Assembly: GCA_027491735.1 (NCBI GenBank)
Contig: JAOZGP010000026.1
Location: 1-49,345 of the forward strand
DNA from: Thermoproteota archaeon
Lineage (GTDB): Archaea; Korarchaeota; Korarchaeia; Korarchaeales; Korarchaeaceae
DNA: 49,345 nucleotides
Reading direction: 5' to 3'
Shown here: piece after piece, positions 1-9,375 of the stretch
How positions within the stretch are numbered: position 1 is the stretch's first letter
How the letters are laid out: each line of letters starts with the position of its first letter
The notes under the pieces: model-generated
The model's input: the letters and a program-made list of their open reading frames with translations, nothing else
What the model was told of the DNA's origin: nothing
The model's database searches: none
Made by a program: the position numbers and the translations under genes

Positions 1-72
1 GGCGCAGCATCCACTCGACCAGCTGCCCCTCTGGAACCATTCCCACCTGATGTTGAAGCTGGCGCTCTTCAA
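1..72 (-). CDS. Possible 5' part of a gene running off the left edge (MKSASFNIRWEWFQRGSWSSGCCA...), product unknown
   Basis: Minus-strand TTG at 72 preceded by GAGGAG with 5-nt spacing; TATA-like TTTTAATTA at 139-147; frame open to the window edge. Family not recognised. Confidence 0.3.
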   Translation of the reverse strand, partial: MKSASFNIRWEWFQRGSWSSGCCA

Positions 73-314
73 GCCGGCTCCTCACAGAACCCCCTAGAGG
101 GGGCTCTTCTCAGCGATGAATATGGTAGGATAGGAGAATAATTAAAACGTTGTGGAATCCATGTCTGAGTTGAGAAGATCGTTCAAGCCACCTTAAGGGG
201 AGAACAGTCTCTCATTTTATGGCACTCATCGCCATACCTCCAAATGAGCGGATGGGAAATGATTAAAAATCCCTAAGCGATGGCTTATCGAGAGTGACTA
301 TAAGGGGTGTTGGC

Positions 315-767
315 TTGAGCTCAAGGATGGGAGCTATAGTCAGATTACTCAACACGACCTTGGATGGAACCAAGAGCTCGGTGGCCGCGTTAGCTGACAT
401 TAGAGGCATAGGTGTTCCTCTGGCTAGAACTATCCTAAGAAAGGCAGGAATTCACCCTGATAAACGCTTAATGGACCTCACAGAAGAGGAGATTAGAAAG
501 ATAGAGGAGATAGCGAGAGATCCCCTGAAACATGGAATTCCCTCGTGGATGTTAAATAGACCCAGAGATCCACACGATGGAGGATCGTACCTGCTGCTCG
601 GGGATGAGGTCACTCTTGCTGAGAAGAGGGATATAGCTTTGATGAAAAGAATAAAGTGCTGGAAGGGGATAAGACACGCTCTTGGTCTTAAGGTGAGAGG
701 ACAACGCACCAGAACCACTGGAAGGCGTGGTAGGACTGTGGGATACAAGAAGAGGAAAGGAGGGTGA
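315..767 (+). CDS. rps13: 30S ribosomal protein uS13
   Basis: IRGIG and GIRHALGLKVRGQRTRTTGR motifs; probable TTG start at 315 after GGGGTG SD (ORF track starts at 294). Confidence 0.97.
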   Translation: MSSRMGAIVRLLNTTLDGTKSSVAALADIRGIGVPLARTILRKAGIHPDKRLMDLTEEEIRKIEEIARDPLKHGIPSWMLNRPRDPHDGGSYLLLGDEVTLAEKRDIALMKRIKCWKGIRHALGLKVRGQRTRTTGRRGRTVGYKKRKGG

Positions 768-773
768 TCTAGC

Positions 774-1286
774 GTGGGAGATCCAAAGAAACCCAGGAAG
801 AAGTATGAGAGGCCATATAAACCTTTTTCTAGGGTTGTTATTGAGGAATCTAATAGATTATCCGGAGAATACGGTCTAAGAAACAAGAGAGATCTCTGGA
901 GGGCAGCTTATCTTGCTAGAAAGTACAGAAGGATAGCTAGAAAGCTGCTTTCTGCTCCTCCTGAGGAAGCGATGAGGGTTGTTGGGCCTGTGATAAGGAA
1001 GCTTCAGAGGTATGGAATCGTCGGGAAGGACGCCACCCTCGACAGCCTTCTAGACGTCAAAGTGGAAGATTTTTTGGAGAGGAGGCTTCAGACTATAGTC
1101 TGGAGAAAGGGTCTGGCTAAAACCCCTTACATGGCTAGACAACTCATAGTACACGGTCACATTCTGGTCAATGGTACCAGGATAAGACAACCCGGATATT
1201 TAGTTCCCAAGGATGAAGAAGATAGGATAGAATGCACTCTGAAGATCCCTACTCAGGAGGTTGAGCAAGAGGGGAATGGAGGGTGA
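774..1286 (+). CDS. rps4: 30S ribosomal protein uS4
   Basis: MGDPKKPRKKY, YGLRNKR, LERRLQTIV, ARQLIVHGHI; alpha-operon position. Confidence 0.97.
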   Translation: MGDPKKPRKKYERPYKPFSRVVIEESNRLSGEYGLRNKRDLWRAAYLARKYRRIARKLLSAPPEEAMRVVGPVIRKLQRYGIVGKDATLDSLLDVKVEDFLERRLQTIVWRKGLAKTPYMARQLIVHGHILVNGTRIRQPGYLVPKDEEDRIECTLKIPTQEVEQEGNGG

Positions 1287-1291
1287 AGTAA

Positions 1292-1690
1292 ATGTCGAAA
1301 CCGGAGAAGGGGAAGATAGGTGTAGCTCACATATATTCCTCCTTCAATGATACGATTGTTCACATAACAGACATCACAGGGGCTGAGACGATAGCCAGAT
1401 ACTCTGGAGGTATGTTTGTAGATGCTGATAGACTGGAGGGGTCCCCCTATGCTGCTCTTAAAGCGGCCATGGCTGCCGCTAAGGAAGCTAGAAGGAAGGG
1501 GATCACTCATCTCATAGTGAAGATCAGAGCTCCTGGTGGGATAAAAAGCAGAATACCTGGACCTGGGGCCACTGCGGCGATAAGGGGACTGTCAAGATCG
1601 GGGCTTATGCTCATAAGGGTTGAGGACGTCACACCCATACCTCACGACGGAACAAGGAGGCCTCATGGAAGGAGGGGCCGTCGTGTTTGA
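1292..1690 (+). CDS. rps11: 30S ribosomal protein uS11
   Basis: [28 protein letters not shown]...GRRGRRV. Confidence 0.98.
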   Translation: MSKPEKGKIGVAHIYSSFNDTIVHITDITGAETIARYSGGMFVDADRLEGSPYAALKAAMAAAKEARRKGITHLIVKIRAPGGIKSRIPGPGATAAIRGLSRSGLMLIRVEDVTPIPHDGTRRPHGRRGRRV

Positions 1691-1697
1691 TCGGGAT

Positions 1698-1707
1698 CTT
1701 TTTAAAT
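1698..1707 (+). promoter_or_regulatory. TATA box for the inserted ORF and rpoD
   Basis: TTTTTAAATA about 35 nt upstream of ATG 1742. Confidence 0.55.
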
Positions 1708-1741
1708 ATCTCACACCATATTGTTTCCTGGCTTAAGGGAA

Positions 1742-2830
1742 ATGAGCATTGATGTGATGGACATCAGTGATGAGGAGATCCGCAGGCTTCTGATGATGGA
1801 GTACGATAATGCAGAGATAAGATCTGGAAAATTTAACAGGAACCCACCCATCCTGAAGTCCTCTAATGGAATTGTGGGTACAGTGCTAACTTACTCTATA
1901 GAGTGTGGGACGGTCTTCAAGGATCTAGCTGTTCTTGTTCTGGAGGATAGGATTCCTGTTGGTGAACTGAAGAAGTGGGTTCTCGACAAGGTGTCCCGTC
2001 ACCTGGAAGAAGCGGTTGGTATTCGTCTCGTTGATGAAGTTAAGGTGTTGTACTACAACGATCAGGTTAGGTGTTTAGAGGACCCTCCTCCGCCTATCAT
2101 AAAGATCCTCGTTGAGGGCGTGTATAGCGAGGAGGAGAGGCGAGAACTTAGAAAGCAAACTGTATCCTTCAAGGAAAAGATTCTTACAAGTGAGTTTGGG
2201 GGACTTAAACCTCTGTCGGAGGTTACTTCAAGCGGTTTTAGCGAGAAGAGCGGAGATGATCAACTCAAACTAGAACAGGAATCTTCAAGCCCGGGGATTA
2301 TCAGGCGCGGAGGGAAATTCTCGATGGGTCATCCTACACCTCATCTCTACGAAGTGACTAATGGCAACAATGAATCAGGAGAACTTGGCTCTACGAAGAT
2401 CGCCGAGTTGTTAGGGATAGAAGAACTGAAGATAAAGATAGAAAAGCTGGAGTACTTGGTGGAAATGCTCATGAGGGCCCTTATAGGTAAATCTCCTGAC
2501 ACCGGCGTGATCAACATGGTTAGCAGCGCGTTACATCATTCACATAGGCCTCTCAGCGAGCAATCTCACATCACAAATCATGTTGAGGCAGAACCTCCAG
2601 GCGATTTCCGCAGAAGCGAACCCTCATCTCATGTTCTGTTCGGTGAGAAGCTATCGAGGATGGGTGAAAAAGAGGCAAACAATGACGCTGAGACCATCAG
2701 GCAGGCTAAGTTAAATTCAGAAGTGAGCGAACTTAGCAGTAAATCCGATGAATTTATAGAGGAGTTTCTGGTAGAAAACCCCTGGGCCGAGATACTCTCT
2801 AACAAGAAGAAAAGGGTGGGCGATAGGTGA
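1742..2830 (+). CDS. Uncharacterised protein with globular N-terminus, coiled-coil/disordered middle and C-terminal ENPWxxIL helix (arcadin-2-like tail)
   Basis: Long ORF with host-like codons; stop overlaps rpoD start (GTGA); ATG 1742 preferred over TTG 1721. Function is inference. Confidence 0.8.
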   Translation: MSIDVMDISDEEIRRLLMMEYDNAEIRSGKFNRNPPILKSSNGIVGTVLTYSIECGTVFKDLAVLVLEDRIPVGELKKWVLDKVSRHLEEAVGIRLVDEVKVLYYNDQVRCLEDPPPPIIKILVEGVYSEEERRELRKQTVSFKEKILTSEFGGLKPLSEVTSSGFSEKSGDDQLKLEQESSSPGIIRRGGKFSMGHPTPHLYEVTNGNNESGELGSTKIAELLGIEELKIKIEKLEYLVEMLMRALIGKSPDTGVINMVSSALHHSHRPLSEQSHITNHVEAEPPGDFRRSEPSSHVLFGEKLSRMGEKEANNDAETIRQAKLNSEVSELSSKSDEFIEEFLVENPWAEILSNKKKRVGDR

Positions 2831-3609
2831 AAATAAGGATACTCAGGCTCACTGAGGGTAAAGCTGAATTTCTTCTCGAGGAAACGACTCCTGCTATGGC
2901 GAATGCCCTTAGGAGAGCCATTCTCTCAGAGGTTCCGGTAATGGCCGTGCATGAGGTCATTTTTTTCACAAATACCACTGACTATCCCGATGAGTATATA
3001 GCCCACAGGTTGGCAATGATCCCAATAAGGACCGATCTAAAGAACTACTCAATGGATGAGGGCTCAGTTGTCACATTGAGGCTGGATAAGGAAGCTCAGG
3101 AGGAAGGAGTAGTTTATTCAGGAGATCTAGAGAGTTCGGATCCGCTCATAATTCCGTTAAACTCCAGGATACCAATAGTTACCATGAAAAGAGGCCAGAA
3201 GCTTAAGTTTGAGGCAATTGTTAAGTTAGGAAAGGGTAAGTGGCACGCTAAATGGCAGCCTGTGAGCGGATTAAGATATAGCTACACTCCAATCTACGAG
3301 GTCCTTCCTGAGGCCCTGCCTGAGTCATGTAAAGACTGTGAAAGCTTGGAAAAGAACAAAAACGGGATTCTGATAATAAGAGATCCGTACTCATGCCCCA
3401 AATGTGCTGCCGAGCTGGAGAGGATGTTAAACTCAGGAGACTCCAGGGTTCAGATCAAATGGGATGCCACCAGGATATTCATGGGATTTGAGTCGAATGG
3501 TCAAATTCCTCCATTCAGGATAATTCTCACAGCAGCAGATGAACTCATAAAGAAGTTTGATGAGTTTGAAAACAAGCTAAAGGAAGCCCTCTCCCTGAAT
3601 AAAGGATGA
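2827..3609 (+). CDS. rpoD: DNA-directed RNA polymerase subunit D (Rpo3)
   Basis: ANALRRAILSEVP, AHRLAMIP, GKWHAKWQP; Cys-containing insert. Confidence 0.96.
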   Translation: MKIRILRLTEGKAEFLLEETTPAMANALRRAILSEVPVMAVHEVIFFTNTTDYPDEYIAHRLAMIPIRTDLKNYSMDEGSVVTLRLDKEAQEEGVVYSGDLESSDPLIIPLNSRIPIVTMKRGQKLKFEAIVKLGKGKWHAKWQPVSGLRYSYTPIYEVLPEALPESCKDCESLEKNKNGILIIRDPYSCPKCAAELERMLNSGDSRVQIKWDATRIFMGFESNGQIPPFRIILTAADELIKKFDEFENKLKEALSLNKG

Positions 3610-3614
3610 AGACT

Positions 3615-4415
3615 TCACTTCAGGGATCTAATCACTTCCATAAGAGATCTGACCCTATCCTCTGAAACTGGGGAGGAGATTCCCCCTTCCTTGAAATATG
3701 ATCCAACTATGGCCCCGTCAGCGTATCTCAGAAGACTCACATTTCTGGGATTTATGCCACTACCAAGGAAAAGAGGAACATCCTTCAACTCTCTTCTAAG
3801 CTTCATCAAGGAGTTCTTGGTAGGAGGGATCCCAGTTCTGGTTCCCGTGATCACAATAACATCTGCCCCTCCTCTTTCGTATGCATCTAATGCCTCCTCG
3901 ACGATAGGTCTTGTGGAGAGGGGAGAGGCATGCTTGACGCGCACGTCAGCCAGTATCTTAACCTTTCCGCAGATGCTCTCAAGTCTAGATCTGGCCCTCA
4001 GAAGCTCGTAGGCTCTTCCCTCTATTATTCCCTGATCAGTGACGTAAGCATCTGTAAGCACGTTTACTCTTATGAACGATGCTCCCGTCGCCTGAGCTAT
4101 GGCCAGAGATGCCAGGGAATCATTTCTCAAGATGTTTACTCCGACAGGAACGCTAACAGATCTCATAACCTCTAGGACGGCCACTGTGACAGAGGTTATT
4201 GTTTCTGGAGGAACTCTGTCTGGATAGTACGGAAAGTCGAAGAAGTTCTCGATGAGAACGGCATCAACTCCACCTCTTTCCAGAGCTATAGCGTCTTCAA
4301 CGGCTCTCCTAACAACCAAATCGATCTTCTCAGGGTGAGGCGCTCCCAACGTTGGTCTCAGGTGCACCATCCCTATTATAGTAGGACCATCGGACAGTAC
4401 AAGCTCGCGGCTCAT
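3615..4415 (-). CDS. btpA: BtpA/SgcQ family TIM-barrel protein
   Basis: IIGMVHL, ENFFDFPY, GVNILRND, ADVRVKH, GADVIVITG, DGAIVGSYFK; probable ATG at 4415. Confidence 0.9.
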   Translation of the reverse strand: MSRELVLSDGPTIIGMVHLRPTLGAPHPEKIDLVVRRAVEDAIALERGGVDAVLIENFFDFPYYPDRVPPETITSVTVAVLEVMRSVSVPVGVNILRNDSLASLAIAQATGASFIRVNVLTDAYVTDQGIIEGRAYELLRARSRLESICGKVKILADVRVKHASPLSTRPIVEEALDAYERGGADVIVITGTRTGIPPTKNSLMKLRRELKDVPLFLGSGINPRNVSLLRYADGAIVGSYFKEGGISSPVSEDRVRSLMEVIRSLK

Positions 4416-4457
4416 ACAACATGTTTTAAGTTGCTGAACCCAATATTTATTTCTGGT

Positions 4458-6797
4458 ATGAAGGTCTCCTTCTGGCTTCTGGATATAGATTCTCATAAAC
4501 CTGGTCCTAGACCGCAGGTAAGGCTTTGGGGAATAGACGAAGGGGGGAGAAGGGTTCTTCTAATTGATAAGAACTTCCTTCCCAGGTTCTACGTTGTTCC
4601 AAAAAATAACAACTTCCTTAGCGCGCTGATGGACAAATGCTCTAGAATTGAGGGAGTAGCTGAAGTAAAACCTGTGAGAAGGAGGTTCCTTGGAAGGGAG
4701 CTCATGTGTGTCGAGGTCCTAGTCAAAGATCCATCGAATATGGACAGGCTGGCCAAGAAGATTTCGAATCTTGAAATCGTGATGGGCTGCTATGGATACG
4801 ACGTAAGGTACACCATGCAGTACCTGATCCTCAAGAACCTGCCTCCCTGTAAGTTCATCGAGGTGGAGGCGTCACCAACCTCTAGACCTGAGGGTGCGCA
4901 GATAGACTTGGCCTACGAGATCGTAGGTGAATTCAAACCCTCTGTGATCGAAGAGCCACCAGAGCTGAGAACTCTCTCTTTTTATTGCGTGATTCCAGGA
5001 GAGAAAGGATCTCCTGATCCTAAGAGCTCTCCGGTGGTTATGATATCAGTGATAACGCCTGATGATGAAATCATCTGTCTTGAGGCCGGAGACGGGGATT
5101 CAGATCTGCTCAAAGACTTCTGTGATGTTATAAGGTCAAGCAATCCAGATGTAATATTTGGTTATGGAACAAACAAGAGGGACTGGATATACCTAGTCGA
5201 AAGAGCTAAGATTAATGGAATAAAACTTCCTGTCGGTAGAACAGGACTGTTTCCGCACACAAGCGCGTATGGCCACGTGTCTGTCACTGGAAGAGCAAAC
5301 CTCGACCTCCTAGATTTCGTGGAGGACATACAGGAGATAAAACTGAAGACTCTACAGAACGCGGCGGACTATCTGGGTGTGATGTCAGAGAATGAGGGAC
5401 CGGAGATACTCGAGTATGATCTCTATGACTACTGGTCCAGAAAAAGGGAGATCCTCCGCGATTACGCTCAGCATAACGTAATGAGGGTTAAAGGCCTTGG
5501 GGAGGAGTTCTTAGATTTTGGAATTCAGCTATCCCAGGTGGTTGGTCTTCCGCTGGATCATGTGGCTGCTGCGGCCGTGGGTTTTCGCGTGGAGTGGTTC
5601 CTGATAAAGGAGGCTGTGAGAAGGGGGGAGCTCGTTCCTCCTAGAAAGGAGGCCTTCGCTGGTAGCTATGTAGGTGGAATAGTCCTCAAGCCGGAGCCGG
5701 GAGTTCATGAAGACATAGCAGTTCTCGACTTCGCTAGCATGTATCCAAACATAATGATGCTGAACAACATTTCTCCAGACACATACATCCCTCCTGACGA
5801 ACCGGATCCCCCTCAAGGTTGTTATGTAGCTCCGGGGGTGGGTCATAGGTTCAGAAAAGAGCCGCCGGGATTGTACAGGGAGATACTGTCTGAACTCATA
5901 AGAGCAAGGAGGGAGGTCAAAGAGAAGCTGAAGTCTCTTCAGGAGGATAGTCCGTACTATAGAGTACTTCAGGCTAGACAGAGAGCTTTAAAGGTCATAG
6001 CTAATGCTACCTATGGCTACACAGGCTGGGCTGGAGCGCGCTGGTACCTCAAGCCTGTAGCTGAGGCTACAGCCGCTTGGGGTAGACATTACCTCAGAAG
6101 CATAATAACGATGGCTGAGGAGGCAGGGTTCAGGGTCATATACGGGGACACGGACAGCATCTTCATTAGATATAGGGAAGGAGTCGATGATCTTCTGAAC
6201 AGGATAGAAAAGAAACTCTCTCTTGACATAAAGCTTGAGAAGATCTACCAAAGGATAATTTTCACTGAGGCCAAAAAGAAGTATGCCGGAGTGCTTGAAG
6301 ATGGCACCATTGACCTAGTAGGTCTCGAATGCGTTCGTGGGGATTGGCCTGATGTGGCCAGAAAGGCACAGAGGGAAATCGTTAGAATAGTTCTGACAAC
6401 GAGAGAAATAAGAGAAGCTAGACAGAGGGCAAAGGCTTTCATTAGGAAGTATGTGGAAGACGTCAGGAACCTGAAGGTCCCTCTCAAAGATTTTACTATA
6501 TGGAAGGAGATAACAAAGAAGGAGTACAAGGCCAGAACACCTCATCTCAAAGTTACCGAAGATCTGAGGAGGATGGGTTGGAAGATAAAGCCGGGAGATA
6601 AGGTAGGATATGTGGTAGTCAAGGGAAGCGGAAAGCTGTACGAGAGATCGGTACCGTTCTTCAAGGCTTGCCCTGAGGACATTGATATCGACTACTACAT
6701 AGATAAGATGATATTTCCAGCCGTCATGAGGATACTAAAGCTCATCGGAGTCGAGGAGTCAGAGCTAAAAGGAGGGGGATTAGAGGAATTTCTTTAG
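4458..6797 (+). CDS. polB3: Family B DNA polymerase, PolB3-type, with degenerate 3'-5' exonuclease motifs
   Basis: DFASMYP, KVIANATYGYTGW, YGDTDS, KKKYAG intact; N-terminus FWLLDI typical of PolB3; probable ATG at 4458. Confidence 0.92.
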   Translation: MKVSFWLLDIDSHKPGPRPQVRLWGIDEGGRRVLLIDKNFLPRFYVVPKNNNFLSALMDKCSRIEGVAEVKPVRRRFLGRELMCVEVLVKDPSNMDRLAKKISNLEIVMGCYGYDVRYTMQYLILKNLPPCKFIEVEASPTSRPEGAQIDLAYEIVGEFKPSVIEEPPELRTLSFYCVIPGEKGSPDPKSSPVVMISVITPDDEIICLEAGDGDSDLLKDFCDVIRSSNPDVIFGYGTNKRDWIYLVERAKINGIKLPVGRTGLFPHTSAYGHVSVTGRANLDLLDFVEDIQEIKLKTLQNAADYLGVMSENEGPEILEYDLYDYWSRKREILRDYAQHNVMRVKGLGEEFLDFGIQLSQVVGLPLDHVAAAAVGFRVEWFLIKEAVRRGELVPPRKEAFAGSYVGGIVLKPEPGVHEDIAVLDFASMYPNIMMLNNISPDTYIPPDEPDPPQGCYVAPGVGHRFRKEPPGLYREILSELIRARREVKEKLKSLQEDSPYYRVLQARQRALKVIANATYGYTGWAGARWYLKPVAEATAAWGRHYLRSIITMAEEAGFRVIYGDTDSIFIRYREGVDDLLNRIEKKLSLDIKLEKIYQRIIFTEAKKKYAGVLEDGTIDLVGLECVRGDWPDVARKAQREIVRIVLTTREIREARQRAKAFIRKYVEDVRNLKVPLKDFTIWKEITKKEYKARTPHLKVTEDLRRMGWKIKPGDKVGYVVVKGSGKLYERSVPFFKACPEDIDIDYYIDKMIFPAVMRILKLIGVEESELKGGGLEEFL

Positions 6798-7138
6798 ATC
6801 TTGAGGAACTTCAAGGGAACTTTCGACGATGTTCTTCTTCCTGTGAGTGGTCTCTGCAACGGAGATCGGACCTTCCTCTCCTCTTCTTTTCTTGGACTGA
6901 CTATACCATAGAAAATAGCGCAGCTTATGCAATAATACCTAGTCTCTAATCTCTTTGAGACGTAGGCCCCTTTCTTCTCCAGGTCCTTCGCTACTGATCC
7001 CTGGATCGGAGAGGTCCAGACGGTCACTTTTATGGCTTTATCAGCAGGTACTAGTCTGTGGCACTTGTAGCACTGAACAGTCTTCTCATGTCCCGAGTTC
7101 TTTAGGTTTCTACCCCTGTTCCTTCTCTTCTTGGGCAT
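6794..7138 (-). CDS. rps26e: 30S ribosomal protein eS26
   Basis: MPKKRRNRGR, CxxC...VPADKAIK, YCISCAI. Confidence 0.95.
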   Translation of the reverse strand: MPKKRRNRGRNLKNSGHEKTVQCYKCHRLVPADKAIKVTVWTSPIQGSVAKDLEKKGAYVSKRLETRYYCISCAIFYGIVSPRKEEERKVRSPLQRPLTGRRTSSKVPLKFLKI

Positions 7139-7228
7139 AACAGTTTCCCCCAAGATTGATTCGACGCACGAGATAAATAAAGATTTGGTGAGGATGTTGA
7201 TAAAACCGGTCAGCTGGAATGAGGACTT

Positions 7229-8671
7229 TTAGTAGCTCCTGCCCATCCAAGCGAGATGAGGAGCTTCTTTTCCGCAGACTATGCATCCCTTGCTTTTACC
7301 GCTGAGGGAATCCTCCTCATATCCTATCATTGAATATCCGGTCAATTCCTCGACCTTGAGCGCGCATCCCTTTTCACCACACCAGGGGAATGAGACCAGT
7401 TTATTTTGCATGGAGGATTTTAGACTCTCAACGTCCTCAACATAGACAATCATGCTCTCAAAGTATCTCCTCGCTTTTTCCCTCATCTTTTCTTCCATAT
7501 CTTCAAAAAGATCCTCGAGATATGGCAGAAGCTCCTCCTCGCTCACTCTAGTTCTCTCCATGATGTCTCTTCGAAATACCGTGACAGATCCCTCCTCGAC
7601 CTCACTCTTCCCTACCTCCAGTCTCACAGGAACACCTTTCATTTCCCATTTGTAGAACTTGTATCCCGGTTTCTCATCCTCTATGAGGTCAAGCTCGCAA
7701 GTATAGCTGGAGGACACTAGCGAATATACTTTAGAGGCATAGTTGTTTATCTCCTTCTCGAAACCTTTGAAGGGTATAGGGACTATGACCACTTTTATGG
7801 GGCTTATCTTTGGAGGCAACACCAACCCCCTGTTATCTCCATGTATCGCTATAACCGAAGCCAAGGATCTTTCAGATACCCCAAACGATGTGGTGTGAAC
7901 ATATTTCTTCTTGCCGTCTCTGTCAGTGTACTGTAGATCATAGGCTTTGGCGAAGAGATCTCCAAAGTTTATGACACTTCCAAGCTCCAACGCCTTTCCA
8001 TCCGGAAGTATCGTCACTAGATCGTAGTTATAACGGGCTCCAGGAAATGTGTCCCAGGGAGGTGTTTTGACCACTATGTAGGGCACCAAGAGCTCGTCGT
8101 AGAACTTCTTGTATATATCGACGCCAAGCTTAACTTGTTCGACGGCCTCCTCAAACGTGACATGGAAGGTATGAGCCTCCTTGAAGAATGTGATCTCTCT
8201 AACCCTCAACATGGGCCTTGTCGCTTTGGTCTCGTATCTGTAAGCAGGAACTATCTGATATATACGCAGAGGTAGGTCTGAATAGCTCTTGATCCATCTG
8301 GAAAGAACCTCATACATTATCGCCTCACTTGTAGGTCTTAACGCAAGTCTCTCGTCGAGCTTCCTTAATCCCACCTGGGTTATCCAATAGATCGTGTTTT
8401 CGAATCCTTTTATGAATCTGAATTCTCTACTCAACGTCGACTCGGGAACTATGGAGGGGAAATATACTCTCTTGTGTCCAGTCTCCCTCAGCAGCCTCTC
8501 CATCACAGACATAATGTTCTCCATTATGGCATAGCCATACGGCAGCCACACGTAGAGTCCTTTAACGGGATATCTCTCGTCCAAAATACTAGCTTTGAAC
8601 AGAACTTCATCAAACCACCTGGAGAAGTCCTCCTCCTTCTTGGTCAGCTCAAAGGCTTTTTTCTCAGACAA
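7229..8671 (-). CDS. proS: Proline--tRNA ligase (archaeal/eukaryotic type)
   Basis: YPVKG, LRPTSE, RYETKATRPMLRVREI, FKEAHT, C-terminal Zn module and GRSY end; TTG start after GGAGGGAG. Confidence 0.97.
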   Translation of the reverse strand: MSEKKAFELTKKEEDFSRWFDEVLFKASILDERYPVKGLYVWLPYGYAIMENIMSVMERLLRETGHKRVYFPSIVPESTLSREFRFIKGFENTIYWITQVGLRKLDERLALRPTSEAIMYEVLSRWIKSYSDLPLRIYQIVPAYRYETKATRPMLRVREITFFKEAHTFHVTFEEAVEQVKLGVDIYKKFYDELLVPYIVVKTPPWDTFPGARYNYDLVTILPDGKALELGSVINFGDLFAKAYDLQYTDRDGKKKYVHTTSFGVSERSLASVIAIHGDNRGLVLPPKISPIKVVIVPIPFKGFEKEINNYASKVYSLVSSSYTCELDLIEDEKPGYKFYKWEMKGVPVRLEVGKSEVEEGSVTVFRRDIMERTRVSEEELLPYLEDLFEDMEEKMREKARRYFESMIVYVEDVESLKSSMQNKLVSFPWCGEKGCALKVEELTGYSMIGYEEDSLSGKSKGCIVCGKEAPHLAWMGRSY

Positions 8672-8701
8672 TTTAACTCCCTCCTTTGGAAGGGTATCGG
8701 C

Positions 8702-9340
8702 TCATGAAAGATTGAGGGAGTTCTTTAAAAGAACATGGTATGAGTGGTACATGTTATAGAGGGCTCCTGGAGTGTCTTTCTCTAATCTCCGCACGAACTT
8801 CATCATAGGCGTGAGTTTTTCATCGATTCCAGCGAGGTAAACCAGCTCTTTCGACATAACCTCAGCGAAGGGTGAGACTATCGGAGGATTCGTTCTGTGA
8901 CACATGACATAACCGATGCCATCGATGAATATAAGCTCCGGGGACCCTGTGTAGATGTATCGTACAAATAACACGACCACATCCTCCAAGAAAGCTGGGA
9001 TAACTATTCTATCGTATCCAGAGGAGAAAGCATAATCGATTACATCTCGGAGGTGAATCGAGACTTTCTCCATTCCAACGTCGGGTAGGCCAATTACGTC
9101 TACGCTAACCTCCGGAAACCTCCGCTCCATATCTAGAAATATATCAAGAGCGAGGTCATCGTAAGGTCGATGGAGCTTCAGGTATGCTAATGAGCACGAT
9201 CTCTCCAGAAGATCATGCCTGCCCACGGTCCTTCTGACCTTGTTTAAGATGCTGTTCTTCAAGCATGCTCTACAGAGAATTTCTCCAGAGTACTTTCTGA
9301 GGTATAGCTCATCGTCTCGACCACATCTGGGACATTTCAT
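8702..9340 (-). CDS. TtuA/NcsA/Ncs6-like protein with N-terminal Zn finger but no PP-loop (probable non-catalytic paralogue)
   Basis: CPRC...YSGEILCRAC...KVRRTV N-terminus and LEKDTPGALYNMYHS C-terminus resemble tRNA 2-thiolation enzymes; SGGxDS absent. Confidence 0.7.
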   Translation of the reverse strand: MKCPRCGRDDELYLRKYSGEILCRACLKNSILNKVRRTVGRHDLLERSCSLAYLKLHRPYDDLALDIFLDMERRFPEVSVDVIGLPDVGMEKVSIHLRDVIDYAFSSGYDRIVIPAFLEDVVVLFVRYIYTGSPELIFIDGIGYVMCHRTNPPIVSPFAEVMSKELVYLAGIDEKLTPMMKFVRRLEKDTPGALYNMYHSYHVLLKNSLNLS

Positions 9341-9375
9341 AACTTTATTACCTTTCATCCCAACTTAATAAAAAG

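Noticed and set aside
60-120. Hairpin AGAGCCCCC-TCTA-GGGGGTTCT followed by GAGGA on minus, considered as the 5' end of RNase P RNA
   Set aside because: The conserved GAGGAAAxUCC P4 strand does not follow; better explained as a leader/SD of an edge gene.
211-247. Nested inverted repeat (CTCATTT/AAATGAG, TATGGC/GCCATA) and a 7-codon minus ORF
   Set aside because: No ACA or C/D boxes, weak AT-rich stem, ORF too short to support.
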